Shown piece by piece: positions 12,661 through 26,030 of a DNA stretch of 64,000 bases. How positions within the stretch are numbered: the first letter of the stretch is position 1; the number at the start of each line of letters is the position of its first letter. The position numbers and the translations under genes are program-made. Origin of the DNA: Sphyrna mokarran (taxonomy: Eukaryota); contig JAGIQG010000020.1 in assembly GCA_024679065.1 (NCBI GenBank), forward strand, positions 33,852,001 through 33,916,000, read 5' to 3'. Under the pieces are notes generated by a model. That model worked only from the letters and a program-made list of their open reading frames with translations, had not been told where the DNA came from and searched no databases.

Positions 12661-13311
12661 GGCTGCAATTCTCCCAGCCCAACCTCTTAGTTTTGGCAGG
12701 TCAGGCCGGGAAGATTGACACTCGTGCCAATGCATAGAACTTGCATATGCGTTCCAGATGCACATGCATCTCCCAGTGACAGATATCCAGCGCAGTCAGG
12801 ACCACGCTGGAAACCAGCCCGGGACTGAAGTCTCCAGGCCCCATAGCATCTCCAATCCTGCCAGTACAATTTCACTCTGGCGGGGTTTAGAGTAGCTCCC
12901 CACTTTTGGGAAACTAGCAGGAGACCCTGCTTGGGGCGGGGTGGGGCGGGGGTGGAGGAGGAGCACTGGGGCCATGCCAGGTGGTTGGGCAGCTGGGGGT
13001 GCCCCCCTGGCCATAGCCACCCGGCCAATGCCCAAGAATGCTCTGAAGGGGCAACACTGCAGGGGTCCCAGGTGGGCCAGTGATCAAGCTGGACAGCAAA
13101 ATGCAAGCTGACAGCGCAGGCGCAGAAACTTGGAACTATCAAGACTCTGGCATGAATAGGCCCCGCTCTCAAGCTTTTGGTGATATTTTACAATTGTGGC
13201 CTCTGCGTTGCACACAATGTGGGAGATTTGAGTCTGAACTCCTACAATAGTGATTTACACCAGTTTTCCCACAAATTCAACGCTTAAGATTTTTTTTTGG
13301 AGAATCGCCCC
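12661..13311. mobile_element. GC-rich MITE-like non-autonomous DNA element
   Basis: Imperfect terminal inverted repeats ggctgcaattctccc and ggagaatcgcccc; GC-rich block in AT-rich flanks. Confidence 0.5.
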
Positions 13312-14959
13312 CTCCCCCTCATTTTTCAGATTTCAGAACCTCTTCTTATGTAATACAAATCGAGAAACAAACATGTTGATTGCTATTTCAAATTTCCCTT
13401 CTGGGATTCAAGCAGCTTGACATTTACCATCACGTGTACTATCACATTTAGGACATTACCCCCAAAAAAAATCCTGCAGCAATATTCCAGAATTGAAATG
13501 ATTGACTTCCAACAATCACAATCATCTTTCTTTGTGCAAGGTATGAATCCAAACAGTTGAGAGGTCCCCCCTGCTTCATACTGACTTTAGTTTTTCTACG
13601 GCACCTTTACATCATGCTCAGTCAAAGTCACTAATGGGTAACGGAGTGGATGAAAACTTAATCATTAGCCATGAGTATAGATTGTCCTTTTGCTTATCTC
13701 AAAACTGTATCAGCCATAATGCTTGATGTACTTCAACAATCATTTCATCATGGAGGTACATGCATTTCTCTCAAAAGAGTTAGCAGGATCCCTCTGCAGC
13801 TGGAGTTGAGAAAGACTGATGATCCTTGAATATTTCCTAGCTTGTGAGATCCATACATATAGCCACAAAATCTGCATTTGCTGAGTATTAAGATTCTGTA
13901 ACATTATAGGTATAATTCTAATAATTTTCTAGAATTATTCCTTGACTGCTTACTCTCCAGTTAAGTGACTGGAAAATGTCACCACCTTGAGCATCAAAGG
14001 CAATGCATATTCCTTTATAAGTGGTGTTCCCTGCTTCATTTCCAAAATTTACCAATTATGCATAATCAAAATAGGCCTTAAAGTGACATTACAATTGACC
14101 ATGAAAGACTTTGCACGCTCTTTATTGTCCATTATTGCCAGGAAATTACCATTTATTTGATTAGAATTCTTAGGTGTCATGCCATCACATTGCCAGGACA
14201 AAGAGAATATCATTATTCAACCAAGTTACATTTGAGCAGGCAGTATTAGACCTTCTTCTGAACCATTAGACCACAAAGCCTAGGACCAGGTTTGTGAGCC
14301 TGCCAAGTGTATGAAGGGAGTAGCCTATCATGTGACTATTAACTATCCAATCTCTACATCAAAAATCATAAACAAGCAGAATCTGTTGGCCAATTGTCCA
14401 TTAAGTAGGTTCTTGCTGTGGGTATTGTAAAAGGAACTGGAGTTGTTTGGTGGATGGAAAAAGGCTCCAAATAAAATTGAAAGCTCTTCACAGCATTGAA
14501 GAGCTACTGTGAAAGTAGATTATGATTCAATGTTTTGTTTGGCTAAGAGGATCATTAGGGAGATGAAACAGGATCAGTGGATTTCATTTACCTGCAAGGC
14601 TGGGCAATTACACAGAAATTATCTGAAATTATTTTTCAATTGGATAAAGCTGTCTTCATTTGTGGTTTACCGAGTCCCTTCAGGCTAATCAATGGCATAC
14701 AAGCCCAGTAATCTTGAAACAATAATCTGTAAAGTCAGTTTCTGAGTCTGGAACAAGCACTATTACATGGCATTCAGTTAAATAGGTTAGGACTCATCTA
14801 TGAGAGGTTAAACGGTCAGTGGAATGAGTTATGTAGGTTAAAAGTATTTAACCAATCCACTTAGAAGTTGTAGGCTCCATAATATCGATCAGAGACAGTA
14901 TTCATAGTCTCATACATTTTATGGAGAGTTTTGCTGCTGGTATCTATTATACCTCACAA

Positions 14960-15868
14960 AGACATATGAGTTAGGAACAGAGGAAGGCCACTTAGCCCTT
15001 CGAACCTGCTTGACCATTCAATAAGATCTTGACTGATCTGATTTTAACCTCAACACCACATTCCTACCTACCCTGATACTGCCTACCTTTCAGCCTTTGC
15101 TTATCAAGAATCTACCTATCTTTGCTTGAAAAGCATTCAAAGATTATGTCTCACCACTTTTGAGGATGAATTCTAAAGACTCAGTCTTCACAGAAAAATA
15201 ATTTCATCATTCCTATCATAAGTGGGTGACCCCTTATTTTTGAACAGTGATCTATAGTTCCAGATTCTCCCATAAGAGGAACAATCCTTTTCACATTCAC
15301 TTACATCCTTCAAGATCTTACCTGTTTCAATCAAGTCACCTCTCACTTTTCTAAACTGTAACGGATATAAGCCTAGCCTGTCTAGACGTTCCTCAGAAGA
15401 CAACCCATCCATTCCAGTTAGTAGCCGAGTAAACCTTCCCTAAACTGCTTCTAACATATTTATACCTTTCCTTAAATAAGGAGACCAATATTGTACACAG
15501 TGTTCTGGTTATAATCTGTGTAATGACTTTAATCAGGCAATTGAGATGGGCCTATTAGAATATGAAGTCCCTGATTAAGGGGCCAAATTGATGGGCCAAT
15601 TGGGGAGCCTCTTGCTTTGTATTTAACTGGGAGTGTCAGTTCCTTTGGGACTCCTAGTATGGATTGCAAACTGAAAGCACTCAGTACGCTGTTGTCAGAC
15701 TTGTAAATAGAGATTTTGCAGAAGGGACTTCTGCTTTTGAAGACTTACCACAGTCTTACTAAGCCCTATATAACTGAACCATAACTGTCCACTCTTGCTT
15801 TCAATTCCGTTCAAAATAAATGACAATATTCTATTCGTTTTCCGAATTGCTGTACCTGCATATTAGCC
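14960..15868 (-). mobile_element. CR1 LINE 3' fragment, interrupted by a solo LTR
   Basis: Remnant GLSSEERLDRLGLYPLQFRKVRGDLIET; CR1 3' tail near 14965. Confidence 0.8.
15519..15752 (+). mobile_element. Probable solo LTR
   Basis: TGTAAT...ACCACA termini, TATA-like and polyA-like signals; interrupts the CR1. No clear TSD. Confidence 0.5.
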
Positions 15869-16305
15869 TGTGATACAGTTGCAAAGAGTTAAAACACATA
15901 CTTGTTAGCTGTCTAACAAGTGACTAGTGCCCATCCTCCTTGAGGATGGGTTTAGATGATAAGCAGAATTGGCTTTAGGTATGCTAACAAATGATGAAAC
16001 ATTGATGAAAAGTGAACTCGGTGGCAAACTCAGAAATGGTACCTAGTAATGGGCAGGAAATAGCATGCTATTAATGACTGACCAGCCAGTGGATATAAGA
16101 AATCAATGTGCCTGCAGACAGTAAAAACATGGATATCAGTACTGGTTAAAGATAAAATTGCCACAGAATTAGGATGCTAAACTTAAAACAACCCCGGGAA
16201 TTCCAAGAACTTGATGAGTCTGACACTTCATATAAACAGTACGAAGTTGTGTCTTGAAGGTGTTTATACGCTTACAACAAATAAACTCAAATTCATCCTG
16301 CAACA
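15869..16305 (+). mobile_element. Probable solo LTR
   Basis: TGTGATA...CAACA termini, TATAAA near 16231 and AATAAA just before the end. Confidence 0.45.
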
Positions 16306-16409
16306 GTTTTCTGAAGACAATACCCAAAATTAATAATCACAGTTTTACAGCACAAAATGAAACCTTTCCGTACAACCTGCACAAATGGAATGCAATTAAA
16401 TAATCACTA

Positions 16410-16730
16410 ATGTAATGACTTGCATTTTATAGACCATGTCATGTCAGACAATGTCCTAAATTATTGTACATACAATGAATTACTTTGATGTATAGTCACT
16501 AATGCTATATAGACAAACATAAATCAGTTATTTTATGCACAGTAGGATCCTGTATGTGGAAATGAGATAAATAACCTATTAATCTGTTTTTGATAGTGTT
16601 GCTTCAATAGGAATTTTGATCACATTTCCTTGCTCCTTCCTGGCATTTGGTTTAATATCCAAATGAACAAGTAGACCAGGGCTCAGGTTAGCACATTATC
16701 TGAAAGATGACAGCACAAAACTGCATTTAA
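16410..16730 (-). mobile_element. Degenerate DeuSINE
   Basis: Shares motifs with 40960-41120 and 51870-52310 (ctgaaagatgacagc; tagtcact). Confidence 0.5.
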
Positions 16731-16898
16731 TATAAAAATGTACATCCATGAATTTTACGCTGGACAGCAAAATAACATTGCCACGAGTTCACAGGTCAAA
16801 CGTTCAGAGTTGCAGATCATGAACTCGATGTAAAATGCAACTTGCACATTATATTTTGATTATACTATAAATGATTCAAAAGAAAACAATATACTTAC

Positions 16899-16950
16899 AT
16901 GGATATTTAATTCTACATTCTTCCACTGGCAGAACCTAGTGAACCTGTCA
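16899..16950 (-). CDS. GRK3: GRK3 coding exon (equivalent to exon 7)
   Basis: 52-bp exon, cag/gtaagt. Translates (S)[17 protein letters not shown]. Confidence 0.96.
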
Positions 16951-17450
16951 CTGCAAAAAAAATCAAAGACAAAAACTGGTGAGAAGTCCTTGGATCGTTG
17001 TCGAACTTGACATACGGAGGCAGTAAACTCAAAGGTCTGTTGCAGCTCAGATTAAAGATAGTTGACACTTGCTTGAGAACAACATGACATTTGTGTGTGA
17101 ACTAGACACAAATGAATGGCACTAGATGTCACCCATGGAGGGCATACTGGCAAAGCTCAATATTTCTCTTCTCTACTGCCAATACACAATGTCCAGCAGG
17201 TTTATCGCATTGCAATCTGGGGCCAGAACTTAGTTCTTGTTTTAGCCTTACTAGCTTAAGCAGCACTGAAGGTGGCCCATAACACAACGGCTGCTCCAAG
17301 AGACATCAGACCACTGACCACAGAGTGGAAATCAAATATAAAGCTTTCTTTGCCTTTTTTTTTTAATCTAAAACACACCAGCAAGAATTTTCATTCATGA
17401 AATCAATTCAAGCAGTTAACTGAAAAATATTGCTCCAGCACTCAAGTGTT

Positions 17451-17774
17451 AGAACAAAGAACAAAGAACAAAATAGCATGGGAAACAGGCCCTTCGGCCC
17501 AACGAGCCCGCACCGCCACCCTGATGTTCCCATCTCTACCCGCGATCCCTGTCCATGTTTATAGATCAGTGGGATTTAAAACCAAATTTGAGACAATTTA
17601 GGAAGAATTTGTTTTGCCAATTAGCCTAAGAGCACATCTTTGGGATGTGGGAGGAAACTGGAGCACCCGGAGAAAACACACGCAAGCACGGGGAGAATGC
17701 GCAAACTCCCACAGACACAGGCCCAAATCCATGTATCTGCACAGCACAGCGATAGTCACTGAGCTGTCGTGTTG
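17451..17774 (-). mobile_element. V-SINE-derived segment homologous to the CR1 3' UTR at 51185-51498
   Basis: Nearly collinear with 48702-49021 and with the reverse complement of 51185-51498; (TTCTTTG)n tail. Confidence 0.9.
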
Positions 17775-18029
17775 GAAGCAAAGATCTGAAAAATTGCCTT
17801 GAATCTAATATCATCAGATTTGTGTGTGTTTTGCATAATTCCTCAGCGATTTTCTATCACTATCCTTTCTTTCCTTAAGTAGATATCTCAAATTGGATTA
17901 CTTAACATCATCCTCTGCTATTTTCCTCATGTGATCTTGGGCAATAACTGACAGTGGATAACAGCAGTCAAATCTCATCCTTATATTTTATAAACCACAA
18001 TCATTTGTGCATACCCTGCATAAGTAACA

Positions 18030-18520
18030 CTCACACAATATCTACACTGTTAAAACCAAGAGTCATATAGCACATACTCTGAAATAAATAGCATTGGTAC
18101 AACATGGGCACAATACCTATCCTGTTATAGCACAGCACATGCCCTAACAAATAGCAATTGCGTAGCACATGCTATGTTATAAACAGTTCTTGCACAGCAA
18201 ATAGTCAGTTATAAGCAGCATTTGCACAGTGTGTACCCTGTTATAAGGAGCATTTGCTCAGCATATATCCTTTTATAAACAGTATTTGCATAGGATATAG
18301 CTTTTTGTAAGCAGCATTCATACAGGTGCATTTCCAGAAAAAACATTTAAATTACAAGTAGCATTTTATCAATGACATTTGGACAGTGCACAACTCGCCA
18401 TAAACAGCATTCAAACAGCATGTACCTTTCCCTAAAGAATATTTGCACGGCACATAACATTCCCTAAACAGCAACTGCACAGCACACAGCCTTCATAAAC
18501 ACCATATACTCAGCTGCTAG
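18030..18520. repeat. Degenerate minisatellite with a ~32-bp period
   Basis: Consecutive 32-mers tgcacagcaaatagtcagttataagcagcatt, tgcacagtgtgtaccctgttataaggagcatt and tgctcagcatatatccttttataaacagtatt; roughly 14 units. Confidence 0.8.
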
Positions 18521-18555
18521 CCATGTAAGAACCAGTACACTTGAACTGAACCTAC

Positions 18556-18617
18556 CTCTCTATAAATTTCTGAAAAATTTTTCCCCGTAGACTGTCACAG
18601 ATCTCTTCTATGTATGG
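18556..18617 (-). CDS. GRK3: GRK3 coding exon (equivalent to exon 6)
   Basis: 62-bp exon, cag/gtaggt. Translates PYIEEICDSLRGKIFQKFIE(S). Confidence 0.95.
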
Positions 18618-19424
18618 CTGGTAGAAAGAAATAACAATTACAAATCGATAATGAACAGGTTGTTGGTGCTGGAATGTCCACAGACTGAACTAATGTTATA
18701 GGAGATGGCTGTTCATTTGTGAAAACTTCATAATGAACCACAGTACTCTACTCTCACACTTTTTTTTAAGGAAAACAAGAAGTTGGGACCTCAAGACATG
18801 TTCCTTTAGTTTAGCGACAAATCTTTATATAGTTGATGGACACTGCATAGCAGTTAAAAGCAAAAAAGAATGCATAGTGCTTTAAAACACAGTAGAGAAG
18901 TGAGAATTTGGACTGAAAGTTCTGCCCACTGTAGAGTAGGAGGATATGAGTGGGGAAAAAAAGGACAGTACTGCACTATAAGGAGGAAAAGTGGCAATCC
19001 AGATGGAAACGTTTATTATTAGATGCTCCCTGAACTGGGATTTTTCCAGAAACTGATTCCACTTTTCAAGCACTTTGAATAGTGAATGTTGTATGGCATG
19101 AGAGAAGGAAGAAGCAAAGATAACAAAACATACGCGAACTAAAGATGAGACAGTGATGTAAATATGAACAAATGAAGGTTGTAGTCCATTTATACAGGAC
19201 TTTTTTGCCATTCATAGGACTACTGTAACATTATAAGAATGTATGCATTATTAAAAAATTAAAACTATGAGGAATAGGAGTAAACTCAACAAATCTGTCC
19301 CTCTTTGACATAATGTGATTACTTTGACTTTTGATATTTGTTAGCACATAACCAATGGCTTGACTTTGATTGTCCTAGTACACAATACTGACCTGCCAGA
19401 TGTTACCGCATTGCAATCCCAAGG

Positions 19425-19975
19425 AAACATAGGAGGCAGAGTAAACCAATTAGTCCTTTGAACCTGTTTAACCATTCATTAAATTCTGAAAGAGCTTTAC
19501 ATCAAAATGCATTTGACTCCTTTTGCTCCAGGTTCCTCGGTACATTTATCTAACAAAAATCTACTGACCTCAAGTCTTAAAAATTCCAAGTTATCCCAAA
19601 TCTACAGCCTTTGGGGTCAGAATTCCATATTTCCTTAATCCTTTGTATGAAAAGCTGATTGTTCAATTCATTCTTAAATGGTTTCTGTCTTAAGATTATG
19701 CTCTCTTGTTCTTAATTTCCAACTGGAGGAAATAGTGTATGTATGAAATCTGTCCCTTCATCATTTAAAACTACTCCACTAGATTACCACTTAACCTTCT
19801 AAATTCAAGGGAATAAAAGTCAAGATTATGCAACCTGTTTTCACAATTGAACCATTTAAGGTTTTGTATAATTCTTTACACTGAATCTCTTTCCTAAGAT
19901 TGATGGTGTGCCGAAGTTGAATGCGGTAATTCAGTTACGATCTGACCAAGGTTCCACACAACTATGGTAGCATTT
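19425..19975 (-). mobile_element. Old CR1 3' fragment
   Basis: CR1 3' end layout similar to 14960-15500. Confidence 0.6.
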
Positions 19976-21194
19976 CTTTTTATCAGGTCCTGTTTACACA
20001 GAAGACAGTGGAAGAATGGATTGTAACTCAATAGCTAATACCTTGTTGCATTAAGATTGTATATAGAGAAGCCTGCTAAAATACCCCTATAGGCATCAAA
20101 CACTGAAATAAAAATTCAGTAAAATAAAGAGCAATTCCAGATCGACTGCAGCATTAAAAGGTGGCATTACACTTGTCTCAATTCAAAACATCTAGACAGC
20201 ATAAAAGCACCAGAATGAATGGAAAAATTAGATACAGCAAACATGTAGTGAGCCCAAGTGAATTTGATTACTTTCAAAGTTAAGGTCCAAAATTAAGGAA
20301 GAGCTCCCTGTAAAAATGTTTACATGGGATGCAGGCATTTTAAGTGCTACTCCTATTCTGACTGCCTTTGAAGTCCAGCTCAGTTGGGTCCTTAATGAGA
20401 TCAGGGTTCACAATCTATGCAGGTTCTTTGTGTTGTACTGCATTGAGCATTGTGCATTGAATTGGTTGCAGCAATCCATAACCAGGTCCTAAGACTAAGT
20501 ACTGCATTATAAGTTCCAACATCACCTAGTCTAAATGCAGCATCTTAGATCAGTAGGTCATTAAATCTGGTCTTAAGGATGAGACATGCAACATAGTTTT
20601 GAATAAAACATCAAATATTAACTCAGAGTGGTTAGCGTAGGAACTAATGAATGTATTTGCAGGCATTTGTAGCTCTTGTAAGTTGCCTTTTGCTTTTAAC
20701 CAAATGGACCATATAAATCTTCATTACTCGTGTCCTAACTTGCACAAGTTCCTGCTCACAAGAGTCTATGCTCACTGACCAACATTCAAGTAAATTTCTC
20801 ATCCTCATTTTCAAATCTCTTCATGATGCCACTCGTCCTTATCTCTGTGATTTCCTCCAGTCCCACAACACTTAAGATCTCTGTATCACCTAACCTTTGT
20901 CTCTTGAGCACCCTTGATATTAATTCCTCCATCACTGGTGTCTGTGCATCCAGTTGTCTGAGCTCTAAACTCTGGAATTTCTTCCCTACACCTTACCCCT
21001 GCTACCTTGCTTGCCTCCTTTAAAACACTCCTTAAAACTCTGGCTGAGCTTTACATGAACTGAATTACATATCTTCTTTTGTGGCTTGATATTATATTTT
21101 ACTCTGTATTGTTCTCGAGAAGAACCTTGGGATGTTTATTACTTTAAAAATACTATATAAAATAAATTGTGTTCTTATTATATTCAGAACATAC

Positions 21195-21269
21195 CTGGAA
21201 GAGACTGGGTGGCACTTGCTTCTTGGCCAAATGGGTTTGCACATGATCCACAGCATGCTTGGAGAAAGG
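21195..21269 (-). CDS. GRK3: GRK3 coding exon (equivalent to exon 5)
   Basis: 75-bp exon, cag/gtatgt. Translates [25 protein letters not shown]. Confidence 0.95.
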
Positions 21270-21479
21270 CTGCAACAGGATCAAATCTACATTAGAACCT
21301 TATCCAACTATTAACTGTTCAATTGTATTCAAGTAGTGAATCAGTGATTCATTTGTGCTCCTATATATAGGAATACACGAAACTGTGATGGTTGGGTTTG
21401 TACATGCATGTTTGTGACAAGTATTTTTGCAAATAAAAGCTTTTAATGTGTAAAAAAATAGGCTCCAGTTCTATTCTTC

Positions 21480-21678
21480 ACCACCTGCATGGGTTTTCTC
21501 CAGATGCTCCAGTTTTCTCCCATAGTCCAAAGATATGCAGGTTAGTTGAATTGGCCATGCTAAATTCTCCCTCAGTGTACCCGAACAGGTGCCAGAGTGT
21601 GGCAACTAGGCGATTTTCATTGCAGTATAAATGTAAGGCTATTTGTGACTAATAAATAAATAAACTTAAAAAAAAAAA
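21480..21678 (+). mobile_element. 5'-truncated V-SINE
   Basis: V-domain gatgctccagttttctcccatagtccaaagat and an (aata)n tail; same subfamily as 53397 and 54105. Confidence 0.7.
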
Positions 21679-21932
21679 TTCGGGATTGGGAAGGGGCCAG
21701 AGTTAAGGATGGATTCTTGAATCCGTGTAAAGAATTATAGGAGTCTGTGTTAAGGATCATGGCAGTCTTGAGGATGGCTCAAAAGTTTACCCTCCAATGA
21801 ATGGCTCCTTACATCCCATTGTATAAATGGCATTACATATCCCATATCTGATACAAATGCAATATTCAAATCCTGATATATGATGTTAACAAAGTTTATA
21901 AGTCTGTACTTTTTAAAATAAAGCAAACTCAC

Positions 21933-22034
21933 ATGCGAACAGGACAGTAATTCTTTCATTATATATTTGTCATAGATCTGTCGACTTCTACACAAACGAT
22001 CTTCTTCAGAGTCTAGTTTCTCATAGTCTTTGAT
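21933..22034 (-). CDS. GRK3: GRK3 coding exon (equivalent to exon 4)
   Basis: 102-bp exon, cag/gtgagt. Translates [34 protein letters not shown]. Confidence 0.96.
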
Positions 22035-22548
22035 CTGTAATGGAAAAATATTGCTAATTATTATAATGATACCCTGTTATTGCAACATTATTTGAAGTTG
22101 CAGTAAGGAAACCTTTCTAACCTAGCGTACAATTTAGTTTCTCTTGCATCTGAGTATTTTCACAGGAATGCTGCAGGTTACATTCTTCTTCTGGAGTTCC
22201 CTGCCTAATGGCAGGTCTAAGTCATGGCACTACAACTTCCATAATGGATAGGTCAAGGAACAAATCCACGCCAATTCGAACAGGGATTAAGCTCCATGCT
22301 GTTAACACCAATCTGGTCCACTCTGGCCATCCAGCCAAATGCCACACGTCCAAACTCTCACACAGAGTCAAGAGTTACTGTGCTATCTCACATGCATGTC
22401 GTAGTCCTGAAGCTATGGTTATAATGGACAGGATCCAATTTCTTTCCATCACAAGGCAGACTGGGAATCTCTCCCACTCTTACCACATGCCATCTGAGTA
22501 TGTTGGGAGGATTTACAAATTGATACTCAACCTGTTTGGACACATTGT

Positions 22549-22802
22549 GATTTGATTCAATTTATTATTGTCACATGTATTAACATACAGTGAAAAGTAT
22601 TACTTCTTGCATGCTATACAGACAAAGCATACTGTTCACAGAGAAGGAAAGGAGAGAGTGCAGAATGCAATGTTACAGTCGTAGCTAGGGTGTAGAGAAA
22701 GATCAATTTAATGCAAGATAGGTCTATTCAAAAATCAGATGGCAGCAGGGAAGAAACTGTTCTTGAGTCAGTTGGCACGTGACTCAGATTTTTATATCTT
22801 TT
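22549..22802 (-). mobile_element. Rex1/Babar LINE 3' tail
   Basis: Homologous to the 33407-33910 tail of the Rex-like element. Confidence 0.7.
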
Positions 22803-24669
22803 GAATACATCTTCCTTGGCCATCATGATTTGAAATCAGATTTTAACCCAGAGTTTCTGGCTCAATGACAGGGTCTCCACTCACCATACCACATGACCTC
22901 CAAGGTTACATTACTTTGCATAAAATAATTAGCAACCTGAAGGGACTAAGGATTTGGACATCTTTCTGATTCTCATTGTTCATATTTAACCAATTTAGGT
23001 TTTCGCTAAATGACTTATTTTTTCCATAATTTCAGGTATCTGCAACATTTTGAATGAAAACCAATGGAAACACCGAGCAACTTAAACTCAAGTTCTTACA
23101 GCATTAGCACTTTGTGACATGGATAATGGGATCCATTCAACCTGAGTGCAACAGAGGCCATGTCGCATAGAGGAACAATCAGATGGATGACATAATCTGG
23201 GCAAGAAAAATATAGCCTATGCTGCAAAAGAAAACGGCCCTAGGAGCCAATTGAGAGCAGTCTCCACGCAACCCAGTAATGACCTGCAATAACATTACAG
23301 CTAACAGCACTGTCAAAGTGAAATATGCTCACTTCTAATATAAATTCAACACTCAGGGTAAATTCACATAACTATCTAATGGGCAATGATCTGCTGGACT
23401 GGATCATTTGCTCATTGTAAAATTTGTCCAGTTTTCATTTCACTGATAACAGTAGAACAAAAATGGGCAGGTTTGACAATGGAACAGTCAACCACACTGG
23501 CAGATTAAGACCGACATGGTGACACTAACAATTCACTTATACAAAAAACACTAATTTTAAGAGCCCAAGTTATATTTGCTCCCAAAGTGCCTCAAATACT
23601 TCATAAATTAGTTGCAACAAAATCAATGAAGGATGACAAGAGAATGGCAGATCTCACATCACATTCAGAATTATACAATATCAGTCAGTGACCAAGGACA
23701 ACTGCCTGTTTTCTGTTGGTCAACAGGGTACCAGCTACAGATCTCTGCCATCTAGATCAAATAATATAGATGTGGTATCGCTTTCAATGTTTTGCTTTTA
23801 AGTCATTGCCAGCCAGTACTGCAATTTCAGTTAATGTACTACTCACAGATCAAAGCTTTGTCTGATCCATTAGCAACATGGTCAATGCTTTTATCTCCTT
23901 TCTTCCTGAACTGCATGACACAGCTCATTATATGCACCACTGCACATCCTGAAGTATAAGAAGTCAACAATGGTCTGTCATGTACCTAATCTGAAGTGCA
24001 TTCTGTGTGTCAATAAGGAATCATAGTTGTGTTGCAATGATTTGATGTGTGAAGCCCTTGGGAAACGCAACTTTGGCAAGATTTATTAATATGAGTTGCT
24101 TCTTGTGTTTGCACCCTGAAGTATAGGTAGGCATCAAATGCAACGGAAGATTGTGTTTGAGATTAACACAGATAAGAAATACATACAAGGCTGGTTAAAA
24201 AGCAACAGTTTGTCACATATAATCTTGCAGTAACAATCTGGTACATGGTTGTATTGGGAAGCTTTTTGCCAAGTTACTCATAATAATGGGATTGAGAGTT
24301 ATAGATAGGCCTGGTAGGTATGGATATGATCAGTGCAACTTGTGGGCCGAAGGGCCTGTTTGTGCTGTAGTGTTCTATGTTCTACATACTCCATTTTCTT
24401 CCTACATTTGTTCTTAGCTTACACAAATATAAACACAATATTAAAGCTGCCAGCAACTTCTGCTAGGGGTGGGTGAAGGGAGAGGGTGCTTTAAAAGCCT
24501 TACTTGTATTCATCTCATGTTTCAGCACATACAACCAGAAAGCAGGTCAGTACAACCATAACATTTGACAAAAGACCCTACTTTTTGCCTCAATTTCTTT
24601 GGACGATAATTCCCTTTTTTTGCTTTTAATGCAATCTATAACCAGACTGACAAGTTTTTAAAAACTTCA

Positions 24670-26030
24670 TTTTTGGAATGTGAGCATCTCTGGCTAGGCC
24701 TGCATTTATTGCTTTCGAGAGGGTGGTAACGGCTTTCTTGAACCACTACAATTCAGCTGGTATAGGCGTATTTGCGGTGTTGTTAGGGAGGGAATTCCAG
24801 GATTTTGACCCAGCAACAATAAAGGAACAGGATACATTTCCAAGTCAGGATGGTGAATGACTGGAGGGAACTTCCAGGTGTTGGTATTCCCATCTGTTTG
24901 CTGCCCTTGTCCTTTTAGATGGTAGCAGTCGTGGGTTTGGAAGGTTCTGTCCTTGATGAGTTTCTAATGTGCAGTATGTAGATAGCAAGCACTGCTGCAG
25001 GTGATGGAGGGAGTTAACGTTAGTGGATGAGGTGCCAATCAAATGGGCTGCATGGTCCTGAACGTCGTCAAGCTTCTCCAGCATTGTTGGAGCTTCACTC
25101 GTCCAGGTAAGTGACTTGTGCACGATAGACAGGCTTTAGGGAGACAGGACGTAAGTTACTCACTGCAAACTTCCCAGTCTTAGTCCTGCTCATGTAGCCA
25201 CACTATTTATATGGCCAATCCAGCACCATTTCTGATCAACCCTGAGGCTGTTAATAGTGGGAGATTCAGGAATTGAATATCGTGGTGCAATGCTTAGATT
25301 CCTTTTGTTGGACATAGTCATGGTCATTGCCTGGTATTTGTGTGGCATGAATGTTACTTGCTTCTTGTCAGCCTTCCTTGAATACTGGCCAGGTCTTGCT
25401 GCATTTGCAAGTATATCTTGAGTCTCAAATGATGCTGAGCATTGTGTGTTCTTTGGCAAACATTCCTCCTACTTTTGACCTTATAATAGTAAGAATATCA
25501 GTGAAAAAGCAGCTGAAGATGTTTGGGCCTGGGGCATTGCCCTGAAGAATTCCTGCAGTGATGTCCTGGAACTAAGATGATTGACCACAACCATTTCCAT
25601 TTGTGCTAGTTATGACTCCAATCAATGGAGATCTTTGCTCCAATTCCCAGTTGCTCCAAATTGGCTGAAGACTGATATCTGTGATGCTAAGGACCTCCAC
25701 AAGAAGCAGCGATGGATCATTCACTCAGAAGATTATTGCAAATGCTTCAGCTTTATCTTTCACATTAATGTGTTGGGCTCCCCCATCATTGAGGATGGGG
25801 ATATTTGTGGAGCTACCGCCTCCAGTGAGTTTTTTTTAATTGTCCACAGCATTCATAGTTCATGAAGGCAGAACTTATATTTGATCCACCGGTTGTGGAA
25901 TCACTTTGCTCTGTCTATTATTACTCATGCTGTTTGGCACACATGTAATCCTGTTTTATATATTTACCAGGTTGACACTTCGTTTTTAGGTTTCCATGGT
26001 GCTGCTCCTGGAATGCCCTCCTGCACTCTT
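24670..26030 (-). mobile_element. LINE (CR1/L2 group) fossil RT region
   Basis: Remnants KLDDVQDHAAHLIG and KQVTFMPHKYQAMT; many stops. Confidence 0.7.

Noticed and set aside
18030-18520. CRISPR-like array
   Set aside because: Units are directly tandem and degenerate with no unique spacers; vertebrate intron with no cas genes.
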